Of a stretch of 64,000 nt of DNA, positions 50,797-60,507 are shown piece by piece (positions within the stretch are counted from its first letter, which is position 1; each line of letters opens with the position of its first letter). The notes under the pieces are model-generated. The model was not told the origin of the DNA, ran no database searches, and worked only from the letters and a program-made list of their open reading frames with translations. The stretch is taken from positions 1,408,001-1,472,000 of the forward strand of contig OY970229.1 of NCBI GenBank assembly GCA_963714085.1, in the 5' to 3' direction. Both the position numbers and the translations under genes were made by a program. This stretch comes from an uncultured Candidatus Micrarchaeota archaeon. GTDB taxonomy: Archaea > Micrarchaeota > Micrarchaeia > Anstonellales > Bilamarchaeaceae.

Positions 50797-52437
50797 CTAT
50801 TTCTTCCTCAGCACCCGCGTGAACACGAGCCATGCCGCAACGATGAGCACGATGGCGCCCACCGCGATAACGACCGGGCTGGTGCCCTTGGAGCTGATGC
50901 TCAGTACCATGGAATAGTCTTTGTACCCCATCTTCTTGATGGCGAGCGTGTGGGTGCCGGCCGTGGCGATGGTGACGTTCAGCGAATTCCCGGCCGAGAA
51001 ATAGCTGGTCCCGTCCACGACGGCGCTGAAGCGGTCCACAGGGGAGCCGTCCACGGAGTCGTAGACGCGGATCGTGAGCGGGTCCCCGGCGAGCCCGGTG
51101 CCCGAAGTGGTCGGCACGAAATCCGACAGGCTCGCCGTCGCGTCGCGGGTCACGGTGATGGAGGTGAAATTGCCGTTCTCCTGCCCAGCCGAGTCAGCCA
51201 CCATGCAGGATATCGTGTTCAGCCCGGAGGCCATGGTCGCAGACGGGTCCACGTAGTACACCCAGGAGCCGTCCGCGCTTACGTTCGCGTTCTGCCACTG
51301 GCCCCTGTCCACGCTGACAAGCACGGACTGCGAGCCGGAGGCGGATACCGAGTTCCCGCTGATCTCGACCTCCTTGTAGCCCTCCACGCCCCCCTCTACC
51401 GGCGAGGTTATGGAGCAGGCCCTTTCGGTGGAATACGAGTATATGCCATCGTCCGCGGAGCCGAAGATGACGTGGTTCTGGTAGAAGAGGGGGTCTGCGA
51501 CCCAGCCGTCCACGGTGCCCATCCAGATGATGTTGCCGGTCGCAGCGTCTATGGCGTATATGCTGTTCGCTGTGCTGCCGACGAAGATGACCGCGTCGCC
51601 GCCCATCTCGCCCGGCTCGGGCTGCGTCTCGATGGCCAGCGGGGTCCTGCTCCTCCACCGCACGGCCCCGTCGCTCTGGTCCAGCGCGTACACGCTGCCG
51701 TCGTTGCTTCCGAAGTACACCGTGCCGTTCTCCACGAACGGGGTGGAAAGCACCCAGTCGCCGGTGTCGAACGACCATTTCTCTATGCCCGCGCTCAGGC
51801 TCAGGGCGTGCAGCTTATCATCCAGGCCGCCCACGTAGACGCTCTGCCCGTCCACCACAGGCTTGGAGAGCCACGTCCCGCCGACCGAGTGCTGCCATTC
51901 GGGCGCGCCGGTCTGGCTGGTCATCACCAGGCTGCCGCCTTCGTTGAATATCAGGCTGCTGCCCGACGCGGTTATCTGGCCGCTGACGTTTTCGGACGGG
52001 TGGATGTTCGTGACGTCTCCGGCAGTGCCTATCGCGAACACGCCCTGGGCGGTTGCCAGGAAGACCTTGCTCGCTGTGGCATCTATGCCGTATACGTACG
52101 TTACGTTCTCCGTGGCTGCCAGGTCGAACTGCTCCACGGCCGAGCCGTGCGTACCGAGCATGGTCACCTCGCCGTCCGTGGTCGCGACCACGAGGTTGTT
52201 CTGGGACAGGACCGGCTGCAGCGGCACGCCTTTGACGATGACTTTCCAGGTTACGGAGCCCGTGGTCGGGTTCAGGAGGAAGACCTCGCCCGCTGACGTG
52301 GCCACGGCTACGCCGCCTGCGAACGCCACTGGCTTTGTCGTGATCTCCCCGCCGGTGGCGACGTGCCATACCTGCGAGGCGGATACCAGCGACGGGAAGA
52401 ATACGAGGAAAGCCAGCAGGCAGAACAACTGTCTCAT
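50797..52437 (-). CDS. Secreted, C-terminally anchored PQQ-like beta-propeller repeat protein with Ig-like stalk
   Basis: Signal peptide; repeats of P.V....VYFGS.DG.VYALD..G...W; C-terminal TM plus RKK. Confidence 0.85.
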   Translation of the reverse strand: MRQLFCLLAFLVFFPSLVSASQVWHVATGGEITTKPVAFAGGVAVATSAGEVFLLNPTTGSVTWKVIVKGVPLQPVLSQNNLVVATTDGEVTMLGTHGSAVEQFDLAATENVTYVYGIDATASKVFLATAQGVFAIGTAGDVTNIHPSENVSGQITASGSSLIFNEGGSLVMTSQTGAPEWQHSVGGTWLSKPVVDGQSVYVGGLDDKLHALSLSAGIEKWSFDTGDWVLSTPFVENGTVYFGSNDGSVYALDQSDGAVRWRSRTPLAIETQPEPGEMGGDAVIFVGSTANSIYAIDAATGNIIWMGTVDGWVADPLFYQNHVIFGSADDGIYSYSTERACSITSPVEGGVEGYKEVEISGNSVSASGSQSVLVSVDRGQWQNANVSADGSWVYYVDPSATMASGLNTISCMVADSAGQENGNFTSITVTRDATASLSDFVPTTSGTGLAGDPLTIRVYDSVDGSPVDRFSAVVDGTSYFSAGNSLNVTIATAGTHTLAIKKMGYKDYSMVLSISSKGTSPVVIAVGAIVLIVAAWLVFTRVLRKK

Positions 52438-52441
52438 GATC

Positions 52442-52915
52442 CTACCCCTTGAGCAGCGAATCATGCGCACCGGAATCTATCTCGCGCAGCACTGTCTTGG
52501 GGGGTTTGCCTTCGATGGTCACTCCAAGGCTCTGGCAGCTTCCCACCACTTCCTTGAGCGTGTCCTTGAGCGACTTCCCTAGCGAATTGCTCTTTGCTTT
52601 GGATATCTTCACGAGCTTCTCCAGCGTGATGTTGCCGGCCGGGGCCTCCCTGGTCCCTGCGCCCTTTTCTATGCCGGCCTCCTTCTTTATTAGCTCGGCC
52701 GTGGGCGGGGTCCCTACCTCGACCCTGTACTCCTTCTTCACGGTGTCGACGACGACCTTCACCGGGACCTTCATGCCCGAGAAGTCCTTGGTGGCGCTGT
52801 TTATGTCGGCCACGACCTTGCCCGCGTTTATCCCGAGCGGCCCGAGCGCCGGCCCGAGGGGCGGGCCCGCGGTCGCCTTGCCGCCGTCCACTATGACGTC
52901 TATGATCTTTTCCAT
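52442..52915 (-). CDS. rpl11: 50S ribosomal protein L11
   Basis: GGKATAGPPLGPALGP.G.N, GMKVPVKV, PPT.ELIKKE, G.C.SLGV.IEG. Confidence 0.95.
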   Translation of the reverse strand: MEKIIDVIVDGGKATAGPPLGPALGPLGINAGKVVADINSATKDFSGMKVPVKVVVDTVKKEYRVEVGTPPTAELIKKEAGIEKGAGTREAPAGNITLEKLVKISKAKSNSLGKSLKDTLKEVVGSCQSLGVTIEGKPPKTVLREIDSGAHDSLLKG

Positions 52916-52930
52916 GAGCATACGCCTCCT

Positions 52931-53257
52931 TCACTTGCTTAAGAGCTTGTTGATCTCCTCGAGCTGCTGCTCGGCTATCTCCTTGTTCAGGTCCACCATC
53001 TCGAGCTTGAGCCTCTCGCCTTCGAGCACGGCGTCCATCTCCGCGAGCCGCGCCTTGAGGGCGGTCCTCCGCAGCTCGTTCTTCTCCTCCTTGAGCTCGA
53101 CCTTCTCCACGACCTCGCGGTCCGCCTTTATCCTCTCCATGGCCCGTTCCACGAGCTTCTTGTTCACGGCGAGCTGCTTGAGCATCATCTTCGCCTGCTT
53201 CTCCCTGTACCGGAGCTGCTCCTCCATGTTCCTCTTCTGTTCGTCGGTCTGTTCCAT
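52931..53257 (-). CDS. Coiled-coil hypothetical protein
   Basis: 108 aa, E/K/L-rich heptads; co-oriented upstream of rpl11. Confidence 0.7.
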   Translation of the reverse strand: MEQTDEQKRNMEEQLRYREKQAKMMLKQLAVNKKLVERAMERIKADREVVEKVELKEEKNELRRTALKARLAEMDAVLEGERLKLEMVDLNKEIAEQQLEEINKLLSK

Positions 53258-53319
53258 CGGTATCTACCCTTTACGTCAGTGACTGGTTATACATCAGAAA
53301 AAGTTATAAACATGCGCGA

Positions 53320-54012
53320 CTAGCCCCACCCTTCGAGGTGCACCCTCTTCTGGTCCGCGCCCATGCCTATAACGCACTCCCTAAGGGCGGTGGCCATTGC
53401 CATCGGGCCGCAGATGAACCAGTCGTATTCCTTCGGGTCGGCCACGAACTCTCGCAGGAACGTCTCCCCTATGCGGCCGCACCTGCCTGCCCATCCGGCC
53501 GGCTCCTCCCTGGTGAGCGTCAGCACGACCTTGAGCGAAGGGTTCTTCTTCTCGAGCTTGAGCAGCTCCTCATGGTAGAGCAGGGATTTCCTGTTCCTGG
53601 CGGAATAGAAGACCAGGAAGCTGCCCTTCCTCTTCTTCTGCACTACGTTCCGCACCATGGACATCACAGGCGCTATGCCGGTGCCGCCGCATACGAACGC
53701 GCACTTGTCCCCCTCGCAGGGCGCCGCGCCCATCGGGCCTTCTATGCCGACCACGGCGCCTTTTTCCAGCAGCGCCAGCTTGGAGGTGAATCTTCCGCCC
53801 ACCATCTTTATGCAGAACTCGAGGTCAGGGGAATCAGGCGCGGACGCGATGGAGTACGGCCGCTTGTCCAAGGAGGCGCCGTTGCCGTCCAGCAGGTGCA
53901 TCATCGCGAACTGGCCCGCCTTGTACAAGAGCCTCTCGCCCACGGGCTCCATGGCGAACACGCGTATGCCGTCCGCTGCCTCGCGGACTTCCGCTATCCT
54001 GTACCTGAGCAT
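53320..54012 (-). CDS. FAD/NAD(P)-binding ferredoxin-reductase-type oxidoreductase
   Basis: GQF, RPYSIAS, GRFTS.L, EGP.G, GGTGIAP, FICGP..M, E.WG. Confidence 0.9.
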   Translation of the reverse strand: MLRYRIAEVREAADGIRVFAMEPVGERLLYKAGQFAMMHLLDGNGASLDKRPYSIASAPDSPDLEFCIKMVGGRFTSKLALLEKGAVVGIEGPMGAAPCEGDKCAFVCGGTGIAPVMSMVRNVVQKKRKGSFLVFYSARNRKSLLYHEELLKLEKKNPSLKVVLTLTREEPAGWAGRCGRIGETFLREFVADPKEYDWFICGPMAMATALRECVIGMGADQKRVHLEGWG

Positions 54013-54064
54013 CGGACTACCTTTGCGCATAAAGCTTATAAAATGCGTCTCCGATATGCGTAGC

Positions 54065-54799
54065 ATGTCAGAGCTCTCTCGCGCCATAAGGTATTCGTTC
54101 GACTTCTACACCAAGCGACTGGGCATCATAGTGCTCTTCTCCATACCGTTCCTGCTGGCGTTCGCCATACTCTCGCTGGTCTCCGCGCCCACGTACATCG
54201 CGCTCGGCGGGCTCTTCAGCAGGACCGGCTCGATCCCGGACCTCTCGCTCCTTGACATAGTCATCATAGCGGTCGCCTACATAGTCTCGTTCTTCATAAT
54301 CGCGGACGCGGTCACGAATGTGAATCTGATAACCCGCTCCCAGCGCACCCTGACCATCACATCCAGGGAGGTGGTTGCCGCCGCGGGCAGGTACGCGATA
54401 CGCATATTCTACATATACACGCTCATGCTGCTCGTAATATTCATCGCGCAGCTCCTGCTTTACGGCAACGCGCTCAGTTCGTGGCTCTTCCCGCTCTTCG
54501 TCCTGGCGCTCTCGTCGCTGCTCTTCTTCATGGCGCCGGCGGTCGTCATAGACGAGGAGGACAGCGCGGGCGCGATACGCAAGTCCGTGGCCATGGCGCT
54601 CCGGAAGCCGCTCCTGATACTCGCGTGGGCGGTGATCGGCCTCGTCGCGCTCTCGGTCCCGAAGGTCGTCTTCGACCTGCTGCTGCCCCACTGGATCGCG
54701 GTATACCTGGTCTTCCTGGTGAACTCGCTCTTCGTGCTCCCGTTCCTGCTCGTGCTCCAGACGCAGCTGTACATGGAGAAGTACCCGCTGGCGAAGTAG
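54065..54799 (+). CDS. Multi-pass membrane protein of unknown function
   Basis: About six hydrophobic segments; AP.VVID......AIRKS. Start ATG 54065 downstream of a TATA (CTTATAAA). Confidence 0.75.
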   Translation: MSELSRAIRYSFDFYTKRLGIIVLFSIPFLLAFAILSLVSAPTYIALGGLFSRTGSIPDLSLLDIVIIAVAYIVSFFIIADAVTNVNLITRSQRTLTITSREVVAAAGRYAIRIFYIYTLMLLVIFIAQLLLYGNALSSWLFPLFVLALSSLLFFMAPAVVIDEEDSAGAIRKSVAMALRKPLLILAWAVIGLVALSVPKVVFDLLLPHWIAVYLVFLVNSLFVLPFLLVLQTQLYMEKYPLAK

Positions 54800-54814
54800 C
54801 GCCCTTGCGACGCG

Positions 54815-55477
54815 TCAAACAGGCTCCAAGATGCTTGTGTACCTGACGGACGGCCAGCCGTAGAGGTATACGAACCGCCTGAAGTAGTCGCCGCCGTATA
54901 CCCCGCAGGAGACGAGGCCGACGACAGCGGAATCCGGGACGACTATCGTGACGCTCTCGTCACCGACCTGCTCCAACAGCCCGCCTTTCCTATTATTTAT
55001 CCTGAACGGGCGTGCCTGGCCCCTGAACCTCACGATGACCACGTCCGCCCTGAGCATGCCATCCTCATCCGCTATCGGCATGCCGCTTCCCGAGTCCAGG
55101 AGATCGAGCAGGGGCTTTCCGCTAGGAGCGAATCCCTGGTCGCAGAACAGCACGGTGTCTTCTTCAAGGCGCAACTGCCCCGGGTCCGGCTCGAAGACGA
55201 CCTTCTTCCTCATACCGTGGTAGTCGCATTCCGTCCTCATCTGCTTCCGAAGCGGCTTGCCCGGATCCCCGACCACGCCGAGAGTCCCGGTATGGAACGG
55301 CCTCGCACGGACGATCTCCGGAGGGACCGGTTTCAATCTGCCAGGTTGGTCCGTACCAAGCAGCACTTCCTTATACCATGGCTGCGGCCTGACCCGCCTG
55401 TGCTTCATATTGCCGTGGTGGACGGTCTCCAGCCAGGTCTGCCTGCGGACCATCTCCAATCCATTATCGATACCCAT
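54815..55477 (-). CDS. Hypothetical protein with a C-terminus reminiscent of DGR-target variable regions
   Basis: Ends VGLVSCGVYGGDYFRRFVYLYGWPS. Confidence 0.6.
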   Translation of the reverse strand: MGIDNGLEMVRRQTWLETVHHGNMKHRRVRPQPWYKEVLLGTDQPGRLKPVPPEIVRARPFHTGTLGVVGDPGKPLRKQMRTECDYHGMRKKVVFEPDPGQLRLEEDTVLFCDQGFAPSGKPLLDLLDSGSGMPIADEDGMLRADVVIVRFRGQARPFRINNRKGGLLEQVGDESVTIVVPDSAVVGLVSCGVYGGDYFRRFVYLYGWPSVRYTSILEPV

Positions 55478-55622
55478 AGACGCGTTCCCCTTGCGGATTA
55501 TGTCGTTACTTTAGTATATTATGAGTATATATTAAGAATCCGTCTTTTACGACAAATAACGGCTCGATGCCAATGCCGCCGCGGATTCCATTTTTAAAAA
55601 GCTTCCCTCCGAAAGCCCACCT

Positions 55623-56621
55623 ATGCCAAAGAGATCGCAGACCGAAAGCCGCAAGAGGGACCATATTCAGATAGCGCTGGAGAACGACGTGCAGTACTCC
55701 CGCACCACCGGACTCGAGAGGGCGGAGCTCCTGCACAACGCGCTCCCGGAGGTGGATTTCGACTCCGTGGACCTCTCCGTGAAATTCCTGGGGAAGAAGA
55801 TCTCATACCCCCTGCTGATCTCAGCCATGACCGGCGGCTATCCTGAGGCGAGGAAGATCAACGAGGAGCTGGCCGAAGCCGCGCAGAAGCACAACATCGC
55901 GTTCGCGCTCGGCTCCCAGCGCGCCATGCTCGAGAACCCGGCCATCAAGGAGACGTACCAGGTGAGGCACGTCGCCCCGGACATCCCGGTCATAGGCAAC
56001 ATAGGCGCGATACAGCTCAAGACCTGCCCGATAGACAAGGTGCTCGGCCTCGTCTCCGCCGTGGAGGCGGACGCCCTGGCGGTGCACTTCAACCCGCTGC
56101 AGGAGGTCATACAGCCGGAGGGCGACCGGGACTTCTCCGGCGTGCTCGCAGCGATCACGAAGCTGTGCGAGAGCTCCGACGTCCCGATAATCGCGAAGGA
56201 GACTGGGACGGGCATATCCCAGGACGTGGCGCTCAAGCTGAAAGACGCGGGCGTGGCCTGGATAGACGTCGCCGGAGCCGGCGGAACGTCCTGGTCCAAG
56301 GTGGAGTACGCGCGCAACGGAGCGACGCCGGGCTTCGAGGAGTGGGGGATACCCACCTTCGAGTCGCTCATCCAGTGCAGGGGCGTGCTCCCCATGATCG
56401 CGAGCGGCGGCATAAGGAGCGGCATAGACGTCGCGAAGTCCATAGCGCTCGGCGCGGAGCTCTCCGGCGCCGCATACCCGTTCCTCAAGGCCCTGGACCG
56501 CAGCCAGGCCAAGCTCGACGAGACGCTCAGCCTCTGGGAGGCGCAGATGAAGAAGGCCGCGTTCCTCACAGGCTGCAGGACGGTCGAGGACCTGAAGAAG
56601 GCGAAGATGGTGCTGCGCTGA
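55623..56621 (+). CDS. fni: Type 2 isopentenyl-diphosphate delta-isomerase
   Basis: RKRDHI, HNALPE, AMTGG, GSQR, NPLQE..QPEGD, KETG.G, GAGGTSW, ASGGIR.G.D. Confidence 0.95.
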   Translation: MPKRSQTESRKRDHIQIALENDVQYSRTTGLERAELLHNALPEVDFDSVDLSVKFLGKKISYPLLISAMTGGYPEARKINEELAEAAQKHNIAFALGSQRAMLENPAIKETYQVRHVAPDIPVIGNIGAIQLKTCPIDKVLGLVSAVEADALAVHFNPLQEVIQPEGDRDFSGVLAAITKLCESSDVPIIAKETGTGISQDVALKLKDAGVAWIDVAGAGGTSWSKVEYARNGATPGFEEWGIPTFESLIQCRGVLPMIASGGIRSGIDVAKSIALGAELSGAAYPFLKALDRSQAKLDETLSLWEAQMKKAAFLTGCRTVEDLKKAKMVLR

Positions 56622-56695
56622 GCGCCGGCCTCCCTTGTCTGTGTCAAAACGTGTAAAATGATACTTTTAATAATGGTTTCAGCTAATCTACAGTC

Positions 56696-58366
56696 ATGGC
56701 TAAGCCAGCCGAACCGATCCGCGTCGCGCGCTACCTGCCCCAGATGCAGAAAGACGTAGACAAGGCCAGGGACACATACCGGAGGCTGGATGCCGAGCCG
56801 TTTTTCGACCACCACGTGCTCCCGGTGCTTGATTACGCCGTAGGGGAGACGATGGTGACCGCGTCCGAAGTGGAGAAACCCAAAGAGAAGCTCAACCGCG
56901 AGCTCGAGCTCCTGATACTCTACAACCGTATCCTGGACATATCCTCCGTCCCCTGGGGGAACATCATAGGCCAGGACATCAAGGGATGCCGCGCCCTGCG
57001 CTCGCTGGACGCGGATCCGGACCGCGACTGGGCGGATTACGCGAAGTTCCTGCGCAGGAAGGACGGCTCAATGCCGCGCGCAGTGCTCGCGGTGCTGGCC
57101 GAGAAGGGGTGCTACCATGAGCTCAAGCCCCCGATATTCTACGGGATGGATCCCCGGAGCGCGCCGGGGGTGGACATCCCGCGCGACCTGGAGCAGGATA
57201 TGAGGGCGAGCGCCGAGCCGAACCTGGCGGTCTGGCGCAAGATAGCGAACCTCCTGGGCTACCATGACGCCTATAACAGCATAGGGGCCAGCGCGCTCCA
57301 ATACATAGAGAGGTTCCAGCCGCTCATAGCCGAGGCCAAGAAGGAGAGGGCGAGGCTCGCCCAGGCCATAAGCCGCACCGCGGAGGCGCTCAGGAACCTC
57401 CTCGCCAAGGTGTGCGACGACCTCAGCGCGTGCGGAGTGCGCTACGTCATAGAGACGAGGGGGGAGAAAGGCGAGGCCAGCCAGGTCCTGAAGCTGAAGA
57501 AATACCGCGACAAGAAGCAGAGGAAAGCCGGCGAGAAGGGCGTAGGGCGTAACTGCAGCGTCCTGGTGACCAACGACAACGTCGCGGCGAGGATCATAAT
57601 AGCGCGGAGCGAATGTGCCATGACCGAGAACCTCGCAGGTGTGCGCACCGCGGAGAAGGTCCTTTTCGAGCAGGCCGAGATGCTCAGGCAGGATGGTGTT
57701 TTCCCATACTTGGACGTGAAGCTAAAAGATTATATCGTGAGGCCGAAGCCGAACGGCTACCGCGCAGACCACCACGACATCAGGATGGTGGCCCACGGGG
57801 ACAGGAATACAGCGTACGTCAATGTGGAGGTGCAGGTGCTCACCCAGGAGATGTACGACTTCAACATGCACGGAGGCGCCGCCCACATCGTATACAAGGG
57901 GACTGACCAGGAGAGCGCGGCCGGCATGGGGCAGATACGGTCCACGCTGCTCGACAACTGGCAGCGCCTGCTCCACGACCTCGAGACCATGAGGGGCAGC
58001 GGGTCGGGCACGATGTACCAGCCGTTCCCGCGCTCGGCTGCCAAGCCTGTGACTGCCACGGTCATGGTCCGGGTGCAGAGGAACGGGGCGATGGAGCGGT
58101 TCCAGGTCGCCCACGAGGCCGGGGACCGGGCGCTCGACGTCCTGGCCAGGAGCGGGCTGGATATAAGCAGCTATGCGTTCAATGAAGGCCAGTCCGTCTC
58201 AGACAAGATCGCCCCGGGCGGGACCTTGCACGTGGTGTACAAGCCGGATACCGTGAGCCCCGCGCTGGCTGACTGGTTGCGCCGCTCGACGGCCCCGTAC
58301 AAGACATTCACCCGCACCAGGCTTGCCGAGATCTCCCGCGAGGCCGGCAGGAAGAAACGGGGCTAG
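56696..58366 (+). CDS. Divergent RelA/SpoT-like (RSH synthetase-fold) protein
   Basis: KIANLLG, DNVAARII, KDYIVRPKPNGYRADH, VEVQVLTQEM, GAAHIVYK. Confidence 0.75.
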   Translation: MAKPAEPIRVARYLPQMQKDVDKARDTYRRLDAEPFFDHHVLPVLDYAVGETMVTASEVEKPKEKLNRELELLILYNRILDISSVPWGNIIGQDIKGCRALRSLDADPDRDWADYAKFLRRKDGSMPRAVLAVLAEKGCYHELKPPIFYGMDPRSAPGVDIPRDLEQDMRASAEPNLAVWRKIANLLGYHDAYNSIGASALQYIERFQPLIAEAKKERARLAQAISRTAEALRNLLAKVCDDLSACGVRYVIETRGEKGEASQVLKLKKYRDKKQRKAGEKGVGRNCSVLVTNDNVAARIIIARSECAMTENLAGVRTAEKVLFEQAEMLRQDGVFPYLDVKLKDYIVRPKPNGYRADHHDIRMVAHGDRNTAYVNVEVQVLTQEMYDFNMHGGAAHIVYKGTDQESAAGMGQIRSTLLDNWQRLLHDLETMRGSGSGTMYQPFPRSAAKPVTATVMVRVQRNGAMERFQVAHEAGDRALDVLARSGLDISSYAFNEGQSVSDKIAPGGTLHVVYKPDTVSPALADWLRRSTAPYKTFTRTRLAEISREAGRKKRG

Positions 58367-58396
58367 ACTCCCCGCTTCACTTGGCCCTGCCCATCG

Positions 58397-59815
58397 TCAC
58401 AAGCCCAGTTCATGCCCTGAGGACAGAAGCCGCATCTCGTGCTCTCTCTTCAACCGGGCGCGTTCAATCTCGACGGCGTTCTTCAACAATCTGACTTTCC
58501 GTTCTTTTAACCCCAGGTCAAGCTCGCTTATGGGTTGGATCAGGTAATGCCCTCCTTTCACGAGCCAGCTGAAGACGCCGGAACCGATACACGTTGCAGC
58601 CACCGCGCCTACGATACAGCCAGTGATTTTAAAAACGGTCGGACCCAGTATCAGCGTCATAAGCCCCATCGGGATCCCTACCATCGTTCCGAACAACGTG
58701 CCCTTGGCCAGCATAAAGGAGTTTTCGCTGGCTCTGTTTACCTTCGTCTCCAGCGAATAATAGAAAAATTCTCGTTTTCTCTGTATCTCTTTCGCCTTCG
58801 CGAGCCTGATCCCGCAATCCTGCGCCGTTTCCTCCATGATGGCGATCCTCAGGTATTTGGACATCTCCTCGCAGGAAGCGTATCTTCTATCCGTGGCGGC
58901 CTGCAGCGAGTTCTCGAGTATCTTGCGCAGCGGGCCCTTGACATCCTTGGGAATGACATACCTGTCCGCGCCGCGGTCGTGGATGTCGAAGGCGTCCTGC
59001 CCGGTCAGGGCATAGAGCAGCGTCGCGCCGACGCAGAACAGGTCGGTCTGCTCGCACGGGCCGGTCAGCGCGTCCATGGGGGCGAATCCCGGGGAGAAGA
59101 AGCAGGTCGTCATCTGGGTGCAGGTGTCACGGTCCTCCTTCACATCTTGCATGTAGGCGGCTCCCAGGTCTATCAGTTTCACGCCGCGCACCTTGGCGTC
59201 CTTCAGATCCACGATGATATTGGACGGCTTGACATCGCGGTGCACCACGCCAGCGGAGTGCATGCAGGAGAGGGCATCGAGGACCTGGGACATCACGTCC
59301 AGGAGCTGGAGCCTGGTCAGGGCCCCATTCTTCAGCAGGGCTTCGAGCGACTCGCCTTCCGCCCATTCCCTCTCCAGACGGATGGTGCCGTCTTCATCCT
59401 CGACCGGCGCCCCGAAATACTTCAGGAGGCCGGGATGCTCCTTGCTGACGGCCTGGATTCGTTGCGACGCCATGTGCTCCCGCTCCGGAAGCGAGAGCGG
59501 CTTCCAGCTGCGTTTGGTGCCGTCGCTCCCGTCCGGTTCCGGGGCTCCCCTCTTGCAATGTTCCAGCGTGACCTCTTTTACTGCCGTGATCAAGCCCCGG
59601 TCGTTTGCAACTTTGTAGATGTTCGCGTTGCGGCCCGGAATCTTCTGGATGACTATCTTGCCCAGGACCCGCCGCACGTCCGTGAGGGGTTCTGTTCTGG
59701 AGATCGGCGTCAGGGCATAGCGATGGCCCTGGGCGTCGGAGATGACGTCCCTTCCGCCCTCTTTCGAAAGGCGCGCCGTCCTCACATCCAGGAGGAACTT
59801 CTGATTTTCAGCCAT
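58397..59815 (-). CDS. Ser/Thr protein kinase with C-terminal TM helices
   Basis: AVKE, HRDVKPSN, DLG, SPGFAP, DLFCVG, RRY; two hydrophobic segments near the C-terminus. Confidence 0.85.
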   Translation of the reverse strand: MAENQKFLLDVRTARLSKEGGRDVISDAQGHRYALTPISRTEPLTDVRRVLGKIVIQKIPGRNANIYKVANDRGLITAVKEVTLEHCKRGAPEPDGSDGTKRSWKPLSLPEREHMASQRIQAVSKEHPGLLKYFGAPVEDEDGTIRLEREWAEGESLEALLKNGALTRLQLLDVMSQVLDALSCMHSAGVVHRDVKPSNIIVDLKDAKVRGVKLIDLGAAYMQDVKEDRDTCTQMTTCFFSPGFAPMDALTGPCEQTDLFCVGATLLYALTGQDAFDIHDRGADRYVIPKDVKGPLRKILENSLQAATDRRYASCEEMSKYLRIAIMEETAQDCGIRLAKAKEIQRKREFFYYSLETKVNRASENSFMLAKGTLFGTMVGIPMGLMTLILGPTVFKITGCIVGAVAATCIGSGVFSWLVKGGHYLIQPISELDLGLKERKVRLLKNAVEIERARLKREHEMRLLSSGHELGL

Positions 59816-59879
59816 AAAATACCATAAATATAATGGGTTGAAGGATATAAGAACTTATGGTCATCGCACGGTCAGGATG

Positions 59880-60338
59880 TCAGACGCCCCTGAACTCGTC
59901 CATCTCCTTCACGACGTTGAGCACCATGTTCGTGTTCGTCTTCTCCACGTGCTGTATGGCGAGTATGCGCTTGACCAGGGCGCTGAGCTCGGACCTGGAC
60001 TTGCACATGAGGATCGCTATCGAGTCGTACTGGCCGGTGACGTCGTAGACCGCCGCCACGCCATGGAGCTTCGCTATCTTCTCCTGCACGTCGAGCAGCG
60101 AGCCGTGCGATATGGATATCTGCACAATCGCCATAAACTCGTAGCCGAGCCTGAGGAAATCCAACCTCGCGGAGTAGCCCTTTACGTAGCCGCTCCCCTC
60201 CAGCTTCCTCACCCTCTCCATGAGCGAGGCGGGGCTGAGGCCCACGGATTCGGCCAGCTGCCGGTACGAGCGCCTGCAGTCCTCCCGCAATTCCTCGATT
60301 ATCTTCCTGTCCACGGCATCCATTTGTTCGGATTTCAT
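59880..60338 (-). CDS. Lrp/AsnC family transcriptional regulator
   Basis: D.VDRKII.EL..D.R.SYR.LA..VGLS......RV.KLE..G.V.GY, YDVTG.YD. Start uncertain (60377, 60338 or 60323). Confidence 0.92.
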   Translation of the reverse strand: MKSEQMDAVDRKIIEELREDCRRSYRQLAESVGLSPASLMERVRKLEGSGYVKGYSARLDFLRLGYEFMAIVQISISHGSLLDVQEKIAKLHGVAAVYDVTGQYDSIAILMCKSRSELSALVKRILAIQHVEKTNTNMVLNVVKEMDEFRGV

Positions 60339-60507
60339 CGGTTTCGCCCCATCATCACAGAACATTTGTTCATTCATTTTTTAAACAATCCTGTCAAATG
60401 AAAGGCAAAACCGAGAAAAATATTAAATACGGCATGCGACGAAAAACGCGTAACAATTAAAAGGTTGGGGGCATCGATAAGGAAGGTTTGACTCAGAGGC
60501 TGGAAAA

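Noticed and set aside
60365..60410. GlnR/TnrA-like box upstream of glnA
   Set aside because: TGTCA-N7 is not followed by TGACA; only a partial match.
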